Below, one piece after another: positions 29,547-38,768 of a stretch of 64,000 bases of DNA. The stretch's first letter is position 1; each line of letters starts with the position of its first letter. The DNA is taken from positions 119,467-183,466 of the forward strand of contig JAUEMM010000001.1 in NCBI GenBank assembly GCA_030441635.1, in the 5' to 3' direction. The position numbers and the translations under genes are program-made. The notes beneath the pieces were generated by a model that was not told the origin of the DNA, did no database searches, and was given only the letters and a program-made list of their open reading frames with translations. The DNA is from Wolbachia endosymbiont of Tyrophagus putrescentiae (GTDB lineage Bacteria; Pseudomonadota; Alphaproteobacteria; Rickettsiales; Anaplasmataceae).

Positions 29547-30653
29547 ATGAAGATAAATAAATTAAATAACGAAGAGCTAGCAATATGGTTAAGTTTAGCA
29601 AGAACTGTTGGAACAATGAAGTTCTTCAGTTTATTAAGAGCATGTGACTCCTTAAATAAGGCACACGAATATTTAAATAGATTGGAAAACAAAAAGATAT
29701 ACAGCGTCCAGGATGCACAAGAAGAAATCAGCATGACAGAAAAAACAGGAGCCAAAATTATACCTGCATGTGATCCAGATTATCCGGGTCTTTTAAGAAA
29801 TATTTTAGATTGTCCTCCTGTAATCGCTGCATTGGGTGACACATCGTTATTAAATCAGGAAATGATTGCTATAATCGGTGGACGTAATTCCTCAATAAAT
29901 GGCAGAAAATTTGCTAATAAACTTGCCCTTGACCTAAGCGAAGCTGGTTTTATAACCGTTTCTGGGCTTGCAAAAGGAATCGATACTGCTGCAAATAGCG
30001 TAATATATAAAAATTATCCCACAATTGCTGTAGTAGCAAGTGGAATTGATGTAGTATATCCGAGAGAAAATATAGATTTATATGAGCAAATTGTTAAAAA
30101 TGGTGGGCTAGTCATTACTGAACTTCCTTTTGCAACAAAGCCTAAACCACAATATTTTCCTCAGAGAAATCGCATTATATCTGGTCTATCATTAGGCGTA
30201 GTAGTAGTTGAAGCATCAAGGCACTCCGGTTCTTTGATTACAGCAAACTTTGCTTTAAATCAAGGAAGAGAAGTTTTTGCTGTTTCTGGTTTTCCTCTAG
30301 ATTTGCGTTGTAGTGGTAGCAATTATCTTATTAAAAACGGTGCTAAACTTGTGGAATCTGTTGATGATATAATAGAAAGTTTCAGGTTTAATTTACCACA
30401 AAGTCAGAGAAACCTTTTTAATATAGTTGCTCATCCAGAGCAAGAGGAATTGCAGCAAGCAAAATCAATTATAGTTAATCATATCAATTCTGTACCTATC
30501 AATGTAGATGAGCTGATATTAGAAAGTGGATTGTCCCCAGATATGGCTTTAATGGCTCTTTTAGAACTAGAAATGGAAAATAAAATAGAACGCTCACCAG
30601 GGAATAAAATATCATTCGTCTTTAATAGTTGCACTGCACATGGAAGTAATTGA
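29547..30653 (+). CDS. dprA: DNA-processing protein DprA (Smf)
   Basis: 368 aa. GGRNSS..G, GLAKGIDTAAN, VVASGIDVVYPREN and FPQRNRIISGLS are DprA Rossmann-fold motifs. Confidence 0.88.
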   Translation: MKINKLNNEELAIWLSLARTVGTMKFFSLLRACDSLNKAHEYLNRLENKKIYSVQDAQEEISMTEKTGAKIIPACDPDYPGLLRNILDCPPVIAALGDTSLLNQEMIAIIGGRNSSINGRKFANKLALDLSEAGFITVSGLAKGIDTAANSVIYKNYPTIAVVASGIDVVYPRENIDLYEQIVKNGGLVITELPFATKPKPQYFPQRNRIISGLSLGVVVVEASRHSGSLITANFALNQGREVFAVSGFPLDLRCSGSNYLIKNGAKLVESVDDIIESFRFNLPQSQRNLFNIVAHPEQEELQQAKSIIVNHINSVPINVDELILESGLSPDMALMALLELEMENKIERSPGNKISFVFNSCTAHGSN

Positions 30654-30686
30654 CTTTCATTTCATTGCGGAACTATACTATGTTGC

Positions 30687-30759
30687 GGGTAATTAGCTCA
30701 GTTGGTAGAGCACTTGCTTGACGTGCAAGTGGTCGCTGGTTCGAGTCCAGTGTTACCCA
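30687..30759 (+). tRNA. tRNA-Val (anticodon GAC)
   Basis: gggtaat-ta-gctcagttggtagagc-a-cttgc-ttGACgt-gcaag-tggtc-gctggttcgagtccagt-gttaccc-a. CCA is not encoded. Confidence 0.85.
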
Positions 30760-31239
30760 CTAAATGGAGGTCTTTCAGCTAAAATATGAAATAAAAAATA
30801 CGCTAAAAACTAATCGAACAAACACGGTATTTTGCTTCAAATTTTTACCAATAAAGGTCCCATATTTTTACATAATCTGTTAATAACATTCTCTATTTCT
30901 CCACAATATAGGGTGTTTTTTGCAAATTTAGAGATTGAGTAAAGTAAACAAATGAAAATTTTGTTACGCTAAAGATATCATTTTTCTTAAAAAAGTATTT
31001 AATTTGAGATTAAAAAATATGTTACTTCACATATAATTTTTCTTATCTTATGTTAATAAGAGTATAGAATTAAAACAAACACCGAGGAGCAATTTTTAAT
31101 ATCAAATCTTAGAAAGAGGTTAATCTATTCCTATTAATATAGCTTTTTTGCAGTGTACTTCTTGAAAAAAGGTTAAGCTGCCTTTTACTATTGTTTAATT
31201 GCTAATATTGTAATATTAAATCGTCATGTGAGGTATAGA

Positions 31240-32277
31240 ATGGATATTAAAGCGAATTACGCAAGAATCACTAAACGTGTGGCAGCATATATAGTAGACC
31301 AAACGATATTCCTAGTCTGTTGTTCATCATTTTTTTTATTAATTTTATTTATATTACCAGAAGAACCACCTGCTGACTTTTTTAATTATGTCTTTCCTGA
31401 TAATGATATTGATACAGGCCTCGTGTCAAAACGATATGAAATATTAAAAGATCCAGGTACATTACTAGAAAGTTTGCTATATATAGCATTAGAAGTATTA
31501 ATGATAACAAGACTTGGCTGGACTCCTGGAAAATTACTCTTTGGTATATATATAAAAGATGCAAGCACACTTAAAAACGCTGCTTTAATGCAAGTAATTA
31601 TGAGAAGTAGTCTCAAGGCGCTTTTGTTTATTATGCTCTATATCTCTGAGTGGTTTTTAATTTTACCAATCTTGGTTTTAATATTTGCAGCATTTAATAA
31701 ATTCAATCAGTCCTTTTACGATAAAATTGCAAACACGGTAGTGATAGAGCATCAGTCTGAAAAATGTTACTTAAATTCAAACTATGCGGGAATAGCTAGA
31801 CGTGTTATGGCGCATATTATTGACAGTCTTGTTATTATTGGAATTTCTTTAATCTCTTTGATTTTTATAGGAATAATTTTTCACATTGCTGGATCTAAAT
31901 TATTCATTAAACGTACTTACTTATCTTTTTTGCTATCAATAGTATTCGGTGTATTCATGATAAGAAAATTTGGTGGTACTCCAGGACAATTGTTAAGCGG
32001 TATTCATATAAAAGATGCAGATACATTTGAAAATATTACTCTGGTGCAAGCGATAATTAGGCATGTCTTGGTTGAAATTATTCGCTTCCCTATACTAATC
32101 ACGAGAAGGGAAATTTTTAATAAGTATACCTCTGAATGGTGGCTTGATCCATTTTCAGGCTTAATCTTTATGACTATGATGCTAATTTTTGTATATGCAA
32201 TATTTGATCAGCGCAAGCAATTTCTTCATGATAAAATCGCAAGAACAGTGGCGATAGAATATAAACCTTTAAGCTAA
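31240..32277 (+). CDS. RDD-family membrane protein with two RDD domains, copy 1
   Basis: Two internal halves start YARITKRVAAYIVDQ and YAGIARRVMAHIIDS. Each half ends in F(Y/L)HDKIA(N/R)TV, the RDD-family signature, with multiple TM helices. Start at ATG 31240 (MDIKANY), matching copy 2. Confidence 0.75.
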   Translation: MDIKANYARITKRVAAYIVDQTIFLVCCSSFFLLILFILPEEPPADFFNYVFPDNDIDTGLVSKRYEILKDPGTLLESLLYIALEVLMITRLGWTPGKLLFGIYIKDASTLKNAALMQVIMRSSLKALLFIMLYISEWFLILPILVLIFAAFNKFNQSFYDKIANTVVIEHQSEKCYLNSNYAGIARRVMAHIIDSLVIIGISLISLIFIGIIFHIAGSKLFIKRTYLSFLLSIVFGVFMIRKFGGTPGQLLSGIHIKDADTFENITLVQAIIRHVLVEIIRFPILITRREIFNKYTSEWWLDPFSGLIFMTMMLIFVYAIFDQRKQFLHDKIARTVAIEYKPLS

Positions 32278-32341
32278 TTGTTTGCTTTGATCTACCTTCT
32301 CTGTCGGATTTTTAATTCATATCAAATTCACTTAGAAATCA

Positions 32342-32369
32342 TTGACACTAAAAATATCTGTGTTATAGT
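32342..32369 (+). promoter_or_regulatory. sigma70-like promoter (TTGACA, 16-nt spacer, TATAGT) upstream of the 32458 gene
   Basis: ttgaca at 32342-32347 and tatagt at 32364-32369. The same architecture is conserved upstream of the 34070 gene. Confidence 0.4.
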
Positions 32370-32457
32370 AAGCTATATTTAGCATTTTGGTGGGATTGTT
32401 TCGATCATTTAGCTTCATAGTAAAGGTAGTTTATTAATTATACTTGAGGAGGATTAA

Positions 32458-32805
32458 ATGGGTGTGGGTCAGCAACAGTCAATCAGTAAAACAATTGATG
32501 AAGTTTGTACAGAGGTAAGTAGATTAATATATGATATTATTAGCGAAAATCAGGAGAATATTGATGTAATTGAAAATCTTCGTTCAACGCTAAAAATAAG
32601 GAAAATTGTGTCAAGTAATTTAAATAAATTTGCAAAGGTTTTACGTAGACATATTGCCGAGAAGCTTACAGATATGTTTATAGAACATCTTGTTGAAAAA
32701 TATACAACTCAAGAACAACGCAAGGCTTTTATAAAAGAAGTTTGTGAAATTGTTTTAGATCCTTCTCCTTCGATCAGGATTGCAGAAAAGCTTTCTCAGA
32801 TATGA
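32458..32805 (+). CDS. hypothetical 115-aa protein (N-terminus MGVGQQ)
   Basis: ATG is preceded by gaggaggat. Helical and charged, with no recognisable domain. It occupies the position held by the 34070 ankyrin gene in the duplicated module. Confidence 0.5.
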   Translation: MGVGQQQSISKTIDEVCTEVSRLIYDIISENQENIDVIENLRSTLKIRKIVSSNLNKFAKVLRRHIAEKLTDMFIEHLVEKYTTQEQRKAFIKEVCEIVLDPSPSIRIAEKLSQI

Positions 32806-32904
32806 AATAAAGAGCATATCATAGAGGAATATAGCAATATATCCCATTTTACTATTGTTTAATTGCTAATATGGTAACATTAGATGGTTATGTAAGGCAT
32901 AAAA

Positions 32905-33900
32905 ATGGATATTAAAGTAAACTATGCAGAAATTAGCAGGCGTATTGTAGCATATACAGCCGATCAAATAATATTTCTAGTTTTTTTCTTATTCACTTTA
33001 TTTCTACTATCAGGAAAGTCTCTTACTGACGTTCTTAATTATGTATTTCATGACGATATAACCTCCTCAATCCAATATGAGATGTTAGGAGCATTAGTAT
33101 ATGTGATATTAGAAGTATTAATGATAACAAAACTTGGCTGGACTCCAGGCAAATTGCTATGTGGTATGTACATAAAAGATGCAAATACTTTTGAAAATGT
33201 TGCTTTAACACAGATAGTAATAAGAAGTATTCTTAAGATGCTTCTGATGTTACCCATCTACATTTCTGACTGGTTCTTTATTTTACCAATTTTAGTTTTA
33301 ATGCTTGCAAAATTTGATCAACGTAAACAACTTTTTCATGATAAGATTGCGAAAACAGTAGTAATCGATTACAAACCTGAAAAACATCACTCAAATCTAA
33401 GCTACGTGGGAATATTTAAGCGTGTAGCAGCATATATTATCGATTACCTTACTATTACAGGAATCACTTTAGTCTTCCTCTATTTTGCAGAAATGACTTT
33501 TGACACTAATAAAGCTGAGCTATTAGCAACATACTTGTTTTTCCTGCTATCAATAATATTTGGAGTATTCATGATCAAAAGGTTTAGTGGTACTCCAGGA
33601 CAATTGTTATGTGGTATTCACATAAAAGATGCAAATACACTTGAAAATATTACTTTAGTTCAAGCAATAGTCAGGTACGTTTTGTTTGGGGCTTCTAACA
33701 TACTTGTATTGAATTATGCACTTACTCTAGAAGAGTTATACAATAAGCATGCTTTTGAATGGTGGCCAGAACCCTTGTTGATCTTAACATTTGTAGTTAT
33801 AACACTAATTTTCATATCTGCAATATTCGACAAACACAAGCAGTTTTTTTACGACAAAATTGCAAGAACGATAGCAATAAACTATAAATCTTCAAGCTAA
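32905..33900 (+). CDS. RDD-family membrane protein with two RDD domains, copy 2
   Basis: 331 aa, collinear with copy 1 (for example LEVLMITKLGWTPGKLL, YIKDANTFENVAL, ILPILVL, FHDKIAKTVVI). Confidence 0.75.
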   Translation: MDIKVNYAEISRRIVAYTADQIIFLVFFLFTLFLLSGKSLTDVLNYVFHDDITSSIQYEMLGALVYVILEVLMITKLGWTPGKLLCGMYIKDANTFENVALTQIVIRSILKMLLMLPIYISDWFFILPILVLMLAKFDQRKQLFHDKIAKTVVIDYKPEKHHSNLSYVGIFKRVAAYIIDYLTITGITLVFLYFAEMTFDTNKAELLATYLFFLLSIIFGVFMIKRFSGTPGQLLCGIHIKDANTLENITLVQAIVRYVLFGASNILVLNYALTLEELYNKHAFEWWPEPLLILTFVVITLIFISAIFDKHKQFFYDKIARTIAINYKSSS

Positions 33901-33954
33901 TTCCAGACTTTGCTCTGTTTTTCTAACCAATTGACGTAATGTATTAAAAAACTG

Positions 33955-33982
33955 TTGACATAGAAAATATTTGTATTATAAG
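33955..33982 (+). promoter_or_regulatory. sigma70-like promoter (TTGACA, 16-nt spacer, TATAAG) upstream of the 34070 gene
   Basis: ttgaca at 33955-33960 and tataag at 33977-33982. It is paralogous to the 32342 element (ttgacaYaRaaaatatYtgtRttataRgt). Confidence 0.4.
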
Positions 33983-34069
33983 TTAAGCCATGTTTGGTAT
34001 ACGTGAAGTTATTTACAACTATCTAATTTTTATAGTGCAGGTAGTTAGTTAACATTTAAAGAGGGTAAA

Positions 34070-35653
34070 ATGGGTATAGGTCAAACTAATGATATAACTG
34101 AAAAAGACAGTGTTGTTAAGCTATTACAGTCTGGTATTTTAAATCAAGGAAATCTTAATGGTAAAATTGGGCATACAGGGGTAATAAGCTTAAGCGAAGA
34201 TAATACAGTTAAGCTTTATCGTTCAAAACGAAATATAGGTATAGTTAATGTAATACTCTTTATAACCAGGTTAGTGTCAAATCCGCGTGGTTGGCAATGG
34301 GGTATAAGAGTGGGTACACGGTACTTAGGTACACGACGTGGACAGGAGAAGGCTATAGATACAGGTAGAGATGCTCTTGGTGATGTAGAGGTTTTGGAAA
34401 AGCTTAAGGATCTTGTTAATCGGTTTCATAATAACAGCAAAGCGCCACAAGAAACTACTACTCAAAGTAGCCAGACTATAAAACAGCTTAACTTAGAGCT
34501 AATTAATGCTGTAAAACAATCTAATCTTGATAAGGTTAAAGAGTATGTTAATAAGGGAGCTAATGTAGAGACTAAAGATAGTAATGGCAGTACAGCTTTG
34601 CATATAGCTGCTAAAAGTGGCAACTTAGATATAACAAGGTTTTTATTGGATAAAGGTGCTGATTTTAATGCTCAAGATAGCTTAGGTTTTATGCCTTTAC
34701 ATTTAGCTGTTGAACATGGTCATTTAGATATAGTCAAATCTCTTGTAGAGAAAGGTGCTGATGTTGATGCTTATCAAGGTGGATATAGCTATAGTACTGC
34801 TCTTCATTTAGCTGCTCAGAAAGGTCATTTAGATGTAATAAAATACCTTATAGAGAAGGGTGCTAACCACAAAGCTACTGATAGAGACGGCAAAACTCCT
34901 ATGCTAAGAGCCATTCAGAATGGGCACTTAGATGTATCTGGATACCTTATGGAAACGGAAGAACAACAGGTGACAACAAATGCACAACAGGTTACAAAGG
35001 GACAGCAAATTACAGAAGTAACAGAAGTAAATGATAACAAAGTTCCACAAGAAACTGCTACTCAAATTAGCACAGTTGGAACAAGTGAGAAGCATGTGAC
35101 AGAGAGTTACAGCAAAGCGCCACAGGAATTTACCACTCAAATTAGTACAGTTGGGACAAGTGAGAGGCATATAACAGAAAGTTATAGCAAAGTGCCACAA
35201 GAAATTACTACTCAAATTAGCACAACAGAACTAAATGATAGTAAAACACCACAAGAAGCTACTACTCAAATGAGTACGGTTGGGGCAAGTCAACAACAAA
35301 CTACAGAACTAAATGACAACAAAACACCACAAGGTCAGATTAGCACAAAAGAACAACCAGTCACAGAAGAGCCACCTAAAAGTCTTGTACAAGAGATTTG
35401 GAAATTTATTTCTGATCTTTTACCTAAATCCAGAGATGGTCTTTTAATAGAAAGTTATAGCAAAATGCCACAAGAAATTACTACTCAAATGAGTACAGCT
35501 AGAACAAGTGCAAAACAAGTTACAGGTGAGCAGCGAGTTACAGAAGTAAACGGTATCAATACTCCACAAGAAGCTACTACTCAAATGAGTACAGTTAGAA
35601 CAAGCGTAAAACTCATTACAGAGAAGCAACGAACTACAGAAAGACAACAATGA
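34070..35653 (+). CDS. ankyrin-repeat protein with C-terminal T/Q-rich tandem repeats
   Basis: 527 aa. ANK units (DSNGSTALHIAAKSGNLDITRFLLDKGADFNAQD, and others) are followed by PQE-x-TTQ(I/M)ST(V)GTS... repeats. Confidence 0.85.
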   Translation: MGIGQTNDITEKDSVVKLLQSGILNQGNLNGKIGHTGVISLSEDNTVKLYRSKRNIGIVNVILFITRLVSNPRGWQWGIRVGTRYLGTRRGQEKAIDTGRDALGDVEVLEKLKDLVNRFHNNSKAPQETTTQSSQTIKQLNLELINAVKQSNLDKVKEYVNKGANVETKDSNGSTALHIAAKSGNLDITRFLLDKGADFNAQDSLGFMPLHLAVEHGHLDIVKSLVEKGADVDAYQGGYSYSTALHLAAQKGHLDVIKYLIEKGANHKATDRDGKTPMLRAIQNGHLDVSGYLMETEEQQVTTNAQQVTKGQQITEVTEVNDNKVPQETATQISTVGTSEKHVTESYSKAPQEFTTQISTVGTSERHITESYSKVPQEITTQISTTELNDSKTPQEATTQMSTVGASQQQTTELNDNKTPQGQISTKEQPVTEEPPKSLVQEIWKFISDLLPKSRDGLLIESYSKMPQEITTQMSTARTSAKQVTGEQRVTEVNGINTPQEATTQMSTVRTSVKLITEKQRTTERQQ

Positions 35654-35880
35654 CAACAAAAGCACAACAAGTTACAGAAGTATCACAGGTCATAGAAAAG
35701 CAGCAGGTTGTAACAGAAGGAACACAGATTACAGAAAAGCAGCAGACTACAGAAGGACAGCAGGTAACAACAAAAATGCAACAGGTTACTGAGAGACAGC
35801 AGGTTACAACAGAAGCGCCGCAGGTTACAGAAAGGCAACAGACTACAGAACTAAATGAGTGCAAAACATCACAAGAAATT
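34955..35880 (+). repeat. low-complexity coding repeat tract spanning the junction of two ankyrin genes
   Basis: 75-nt units at 35041-35115 and 35116-35190. Degenerate copies occur near 35191, 35245, 35466 and 35564. These are followed by QQVT(E/T) short repeats at 35650-35850. Confidence 0.8.
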
Positions 35881-37209
35881 ACTAATCAAAATAGCCAAAA
35901 GTTGAGCTTAGAGCTAATTATAGCTGTAAAAGAATCCAACCTTGATAAGGTTAAAGAGTATATTAATAAGGGTGCTGATGTAAATACTAGAGATTATTAT
36001 CACTGGCATGAAAACACGATTCTTCATTGGGCTGCTAAAAAAGGTTTTGTGGGTATAGCAAAGTTTTTATTAGATAAATGTGCTAATGTGAATTTTAGGA
36101 ACACATTCGATGATACTCCTTTACATCTTGCTGCTGAAAATGGTCATTTAGATATAGTTAAATCTCTTGTAGAAAAAGGAGCTAATGTTAATGCTAAACG
36201 CAGACATGGCTTGACTCCTTTACACTTTGCTGCTAAAAATGATCACTTAGATGTAGTTAAATACTTAGTTGATGAGAAAGGTGCTGATTTTAAGGTTAAG
36301 GACAATGATGGCTGGACTCCTTTACACTTTGCTGTTTACAGTGGTCACTTAGATATAGTTAAATACTTAATTGATACAAAAGGTGCTTATTTTAATGTTC
36401 AGGATGCAGGTGATTTCCATGGTTGGACTCCTTTACACAGGGTTGCTGATAATGGTCACTTAGATGTAGTTAAATACTTAGTTGATGAGAAAGGTGCTGA
36501 TTTTAATGTTAAGGACAATGATGGCATGACACCTTTACACGTTGCTGCTTCTGGTGGTCACTTAGATATAGTAAAATATCTTATAGGGGAAGGCGTTGAT
36601 GTAAATGCTGAGAATAAAGTCCGGAATACTCCATTACATATGACTGCTTGGAGGGGTCACTTAGATACAGTTAAATACCTTGTAGAAAAAGGAGCTGATA
36701 TTAATGCTAAAAATAAATATAATGAAACACCTTTAGGTTTAGCAGGAACACATGATGTAGTTAAATATCTACAAGGACTAGGTGCTAGTCGTAGCCGCCG
36801 TTCTGTAACAGGAAACCAACAAGGAAAATTATCATTATTAATAAATGATAGAGTTATGAATTGGATTAAAGGTTCTACAGAATCTCCAGCTTTACTTACT
36901 TCTAAGGAGCGTAGCACTAATCATGACAATACTATTACGTTTGCACCAGAGATAAATGCTACTGTAATAAACAACGCACTGCTGTTAGGTATGTTTGCTG
37001 CTAGTGTATTCAATAAAACACAAAGTAAGCAACAACCAACTCAAGAGAACCTTTTGTCGCCAGCTCAACAATCGATGTTGAAGAATGGAGTTGATGAGTA
37101 TGCAATTAAAAAAGCTATAGAAGAGGGCGAGAAGAAGTATGGGGTTTCACCTGCTACTTATATTGATAATGTATCGCTTCATAGCAATGAAACTGGGTTA
37201 CAGAAGTAG
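35650..37209 (+). CDS. ankyrin-repeat protein (about 10 ANK units) with N-terminal QQVTE repeats
   Basis: 519 aa. Its ATG overlaps the stop of the previous gene (ATGA). It has repeated GWTPLH..A...GHLD(I/V)VKYL(V/I)..KGAD units. Confidence 0.85.
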   Translation: MTTKAQQVTEVSQVIEKQQVVTEGTQITEKQQTTEGQQVTTKMQQVTERQQVTTEAPQVTERQQTTELNECKTSQEITNQNSQKLSLELIIAVKESNLDKVKEYINKGADVNTRDYYHWHENTILHWAAKKGFVGIAKFLLDKCANVNFRNTFDDTPLHLAAENGHLDIVKSLVEKGANVNAKRRHGLTPLHFAAKNDHLDVVKYLVDEKGADFKVKDNDGWTPLHFAVYSGHLDIVKYLIDTKGAYFNVQDAGDFHGWTPLHRVADNGHLDVVKYLVDEKGADFNVKDNDGMTPLHVAASGGHLDIVKYLIGEGVDVNAENKVRNTPLHMTAWRGHLDTVKYLVEKGADINAKNKYNETPLGLAGTHDVVKYLQGLGASRSRRSVTGNQQGKLSLLINDRVMNWIKGSTESPALLTSKERSTNHDNTITFAPEINATVINNALLLGMFAASVFNKTQSKQQPTQENLLSPAQQSMLKNGVDEYAIKKAIEEGEKKYGVSPATYIDNVSLHSNETGLQK

Positions 37210-37348
37210 ATAGTGGTTGAAGTGGAGCATGGCAATTGTTTATATAATATTGGGTATACTCCCCTTCGTTATATTTGATAATTTATTTGTACTAGACACA
37301 ACTTAATCTGACAGACAAGAGTTAACTGACAGAAGAATTGAGGTAGTC

Positions 37349-37389
37349 AAAGAGGAGTATGGTAGTCGTTTCTAGGTATACTCCTCTTT
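37349..37389. terminator. 12-bp perfect hairpin between convergent ankyrin genes
   Basis: aaagaggagtat (37349-37360) pairs with atactcctcttt (37378-37389) across a 17-nt loop, followed by attatttt. Confidence 0.4.
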
Positions 37390-37415
37390 ATTATTTTAGA
37401 CAATTTACTAAATTC

Positions 37416-38590
37416 TTAACTCTTCTGAACAGAATTCAAATATTTGATCACATTTGAGTCAGTTGCAACATTCGCAGCAGTTTTACCGTCATTATTTTTA
37501 GCATTAATATCAGCACCTCTTCGTATAAGGTATTTCATTACATCTATTTTATCTTCTTGGTTCTGAAATATATTGTCTTGAGCAGCTAAATGCAAAGGTA
37601 TATTGCCATCATTATCTCTAACATTAATATCTGCCCCTTTCAGAATTAAGTATTCTATTATTTCACAATTATGTTGACCAGCCGCTATGTGTAGTGCTGT
37701 AGTTCCATCTTTTGTTGTACTATTTATATCAGCACCCTTATCGACTAGATATTTTACTACATCTAAGCTCTTACTACCTACAGCACTATGTAAAGAAGTA
37801 CCACCGCCATAGTATCTGCAGCATTAGCATTCACATCAGCGCCTTTCTCAATCAGGTATTTCACTACATCCAAACTACCATTACCGGCAGCACTGTGTAA
37901 CTCAGTACAGCCATACCTGTTCCTTAGGTTAACATCAGCACCTTTCTCAACATATTTCATTTAACATTCACAAAATCATTCTGTTCTACAGCGTTAGCTA
38001 GTTCTAAATTGAGTTGTTCCATGGGTATTGCTGTACTAGTGGTCTCTTGTAACTTTGTATACTGCTTCGTTGTAACCTGTTGTACTTCATTAGCTCTTTT
38101 CTCTATAAGGTTACTCTCTTATACCCGAGCAAGGATGCCATCAGCTATGCGTAAAAGTGGCTGTCCATACTGATTTCTGATATTAACATCTGCACCTTTA
38201 TTTTCAATAAGTTTTAACAGTCTCAAGCTCACCGCGTTTTACAGCATTAATTAGCGCGAAATTTACAGGTATTTCTAAATTTGTATGTTCTATAGGTACT
38301 GTTATTTTTTGTGATTCTGTGACATGCTGCTCTGTTGTAATTTCTGCACATTGTTTTTTGGCATCAGACTCATGCTCCTCAAACTTTCCGTTTATTTTAT
38401 CTACAGCTCTCTCCTTTAAATGATGCTGTTTTATTCTATGTAACTGTGAAATAAACATAACTGCATTAAAAAATTTCATCATATCTTTGAGTACACTTAA
38501 ACTCCGCTTTGAGCAATGAAGTTTATCCTCGCTTACTTTGTTATCGTTAAAGTTTAAAGACTGTAGTTGTTTATTTTTTTTGTTGCTCAC
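37416..38590 (-). pseudogene. degraded ankyrin-repeat gene (multiple frame disruptions)
   Basis: The N-terminal ORF 38590-38204 ends ...AVKRGELETVKTY*. The next ANK unit (LIENKGADVNIRNQYGQPLLRIA) is in another frame. ORF 37960-37778 holds ANK units. The last ~125 codons (…KYLVDKGADINSTTKDGTTALHIAA… to QKS*, stop at 37416) are in yet another frame and lack a start. Confidence 0.65.
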
Positions 38591-38768
38591 TTAATCCCAT
38601 TTTTGCCTCCTTAAGCTAAGCTAATTAAACTATTTATGCTTAAAGTTAAGTAATTATGTGAAACTTTAAACACACACGCATTTTTACATAAATACTTTTG
38701 ATGTCAATAAGTTTTTACATAAAATATGTATAATTCGACCACTATGAATTGAAATCCATAACTGGGGT

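Noticed and set aside
29483-29755. 90-aa minus-strand ORF overlapping the dprA start
   Set aside because: It overlaps the well-supported dprA CDS antisense. It is hydrophobic and low-complexity, with no RBS-like context.
32458-34087. MG(V/I)GQ N-termini as eukaryotic N-myristoylation signals
   Set aside because: MGIGQT fits the minimal M-G-x-x-x-(S/T) rule, but MGVGQQ does not. Five residues are too little evidence, so this is mentioned only as context for the duplicated start region.
35634-35864. Cys-rich 76-aa minus-strand ORF (CCLSVTC repeats)
   Set aside because: It is antisense to the QQVTE repeat tract of the ankyrin gene. The periodicity is inherited from the sense-strand repeats.
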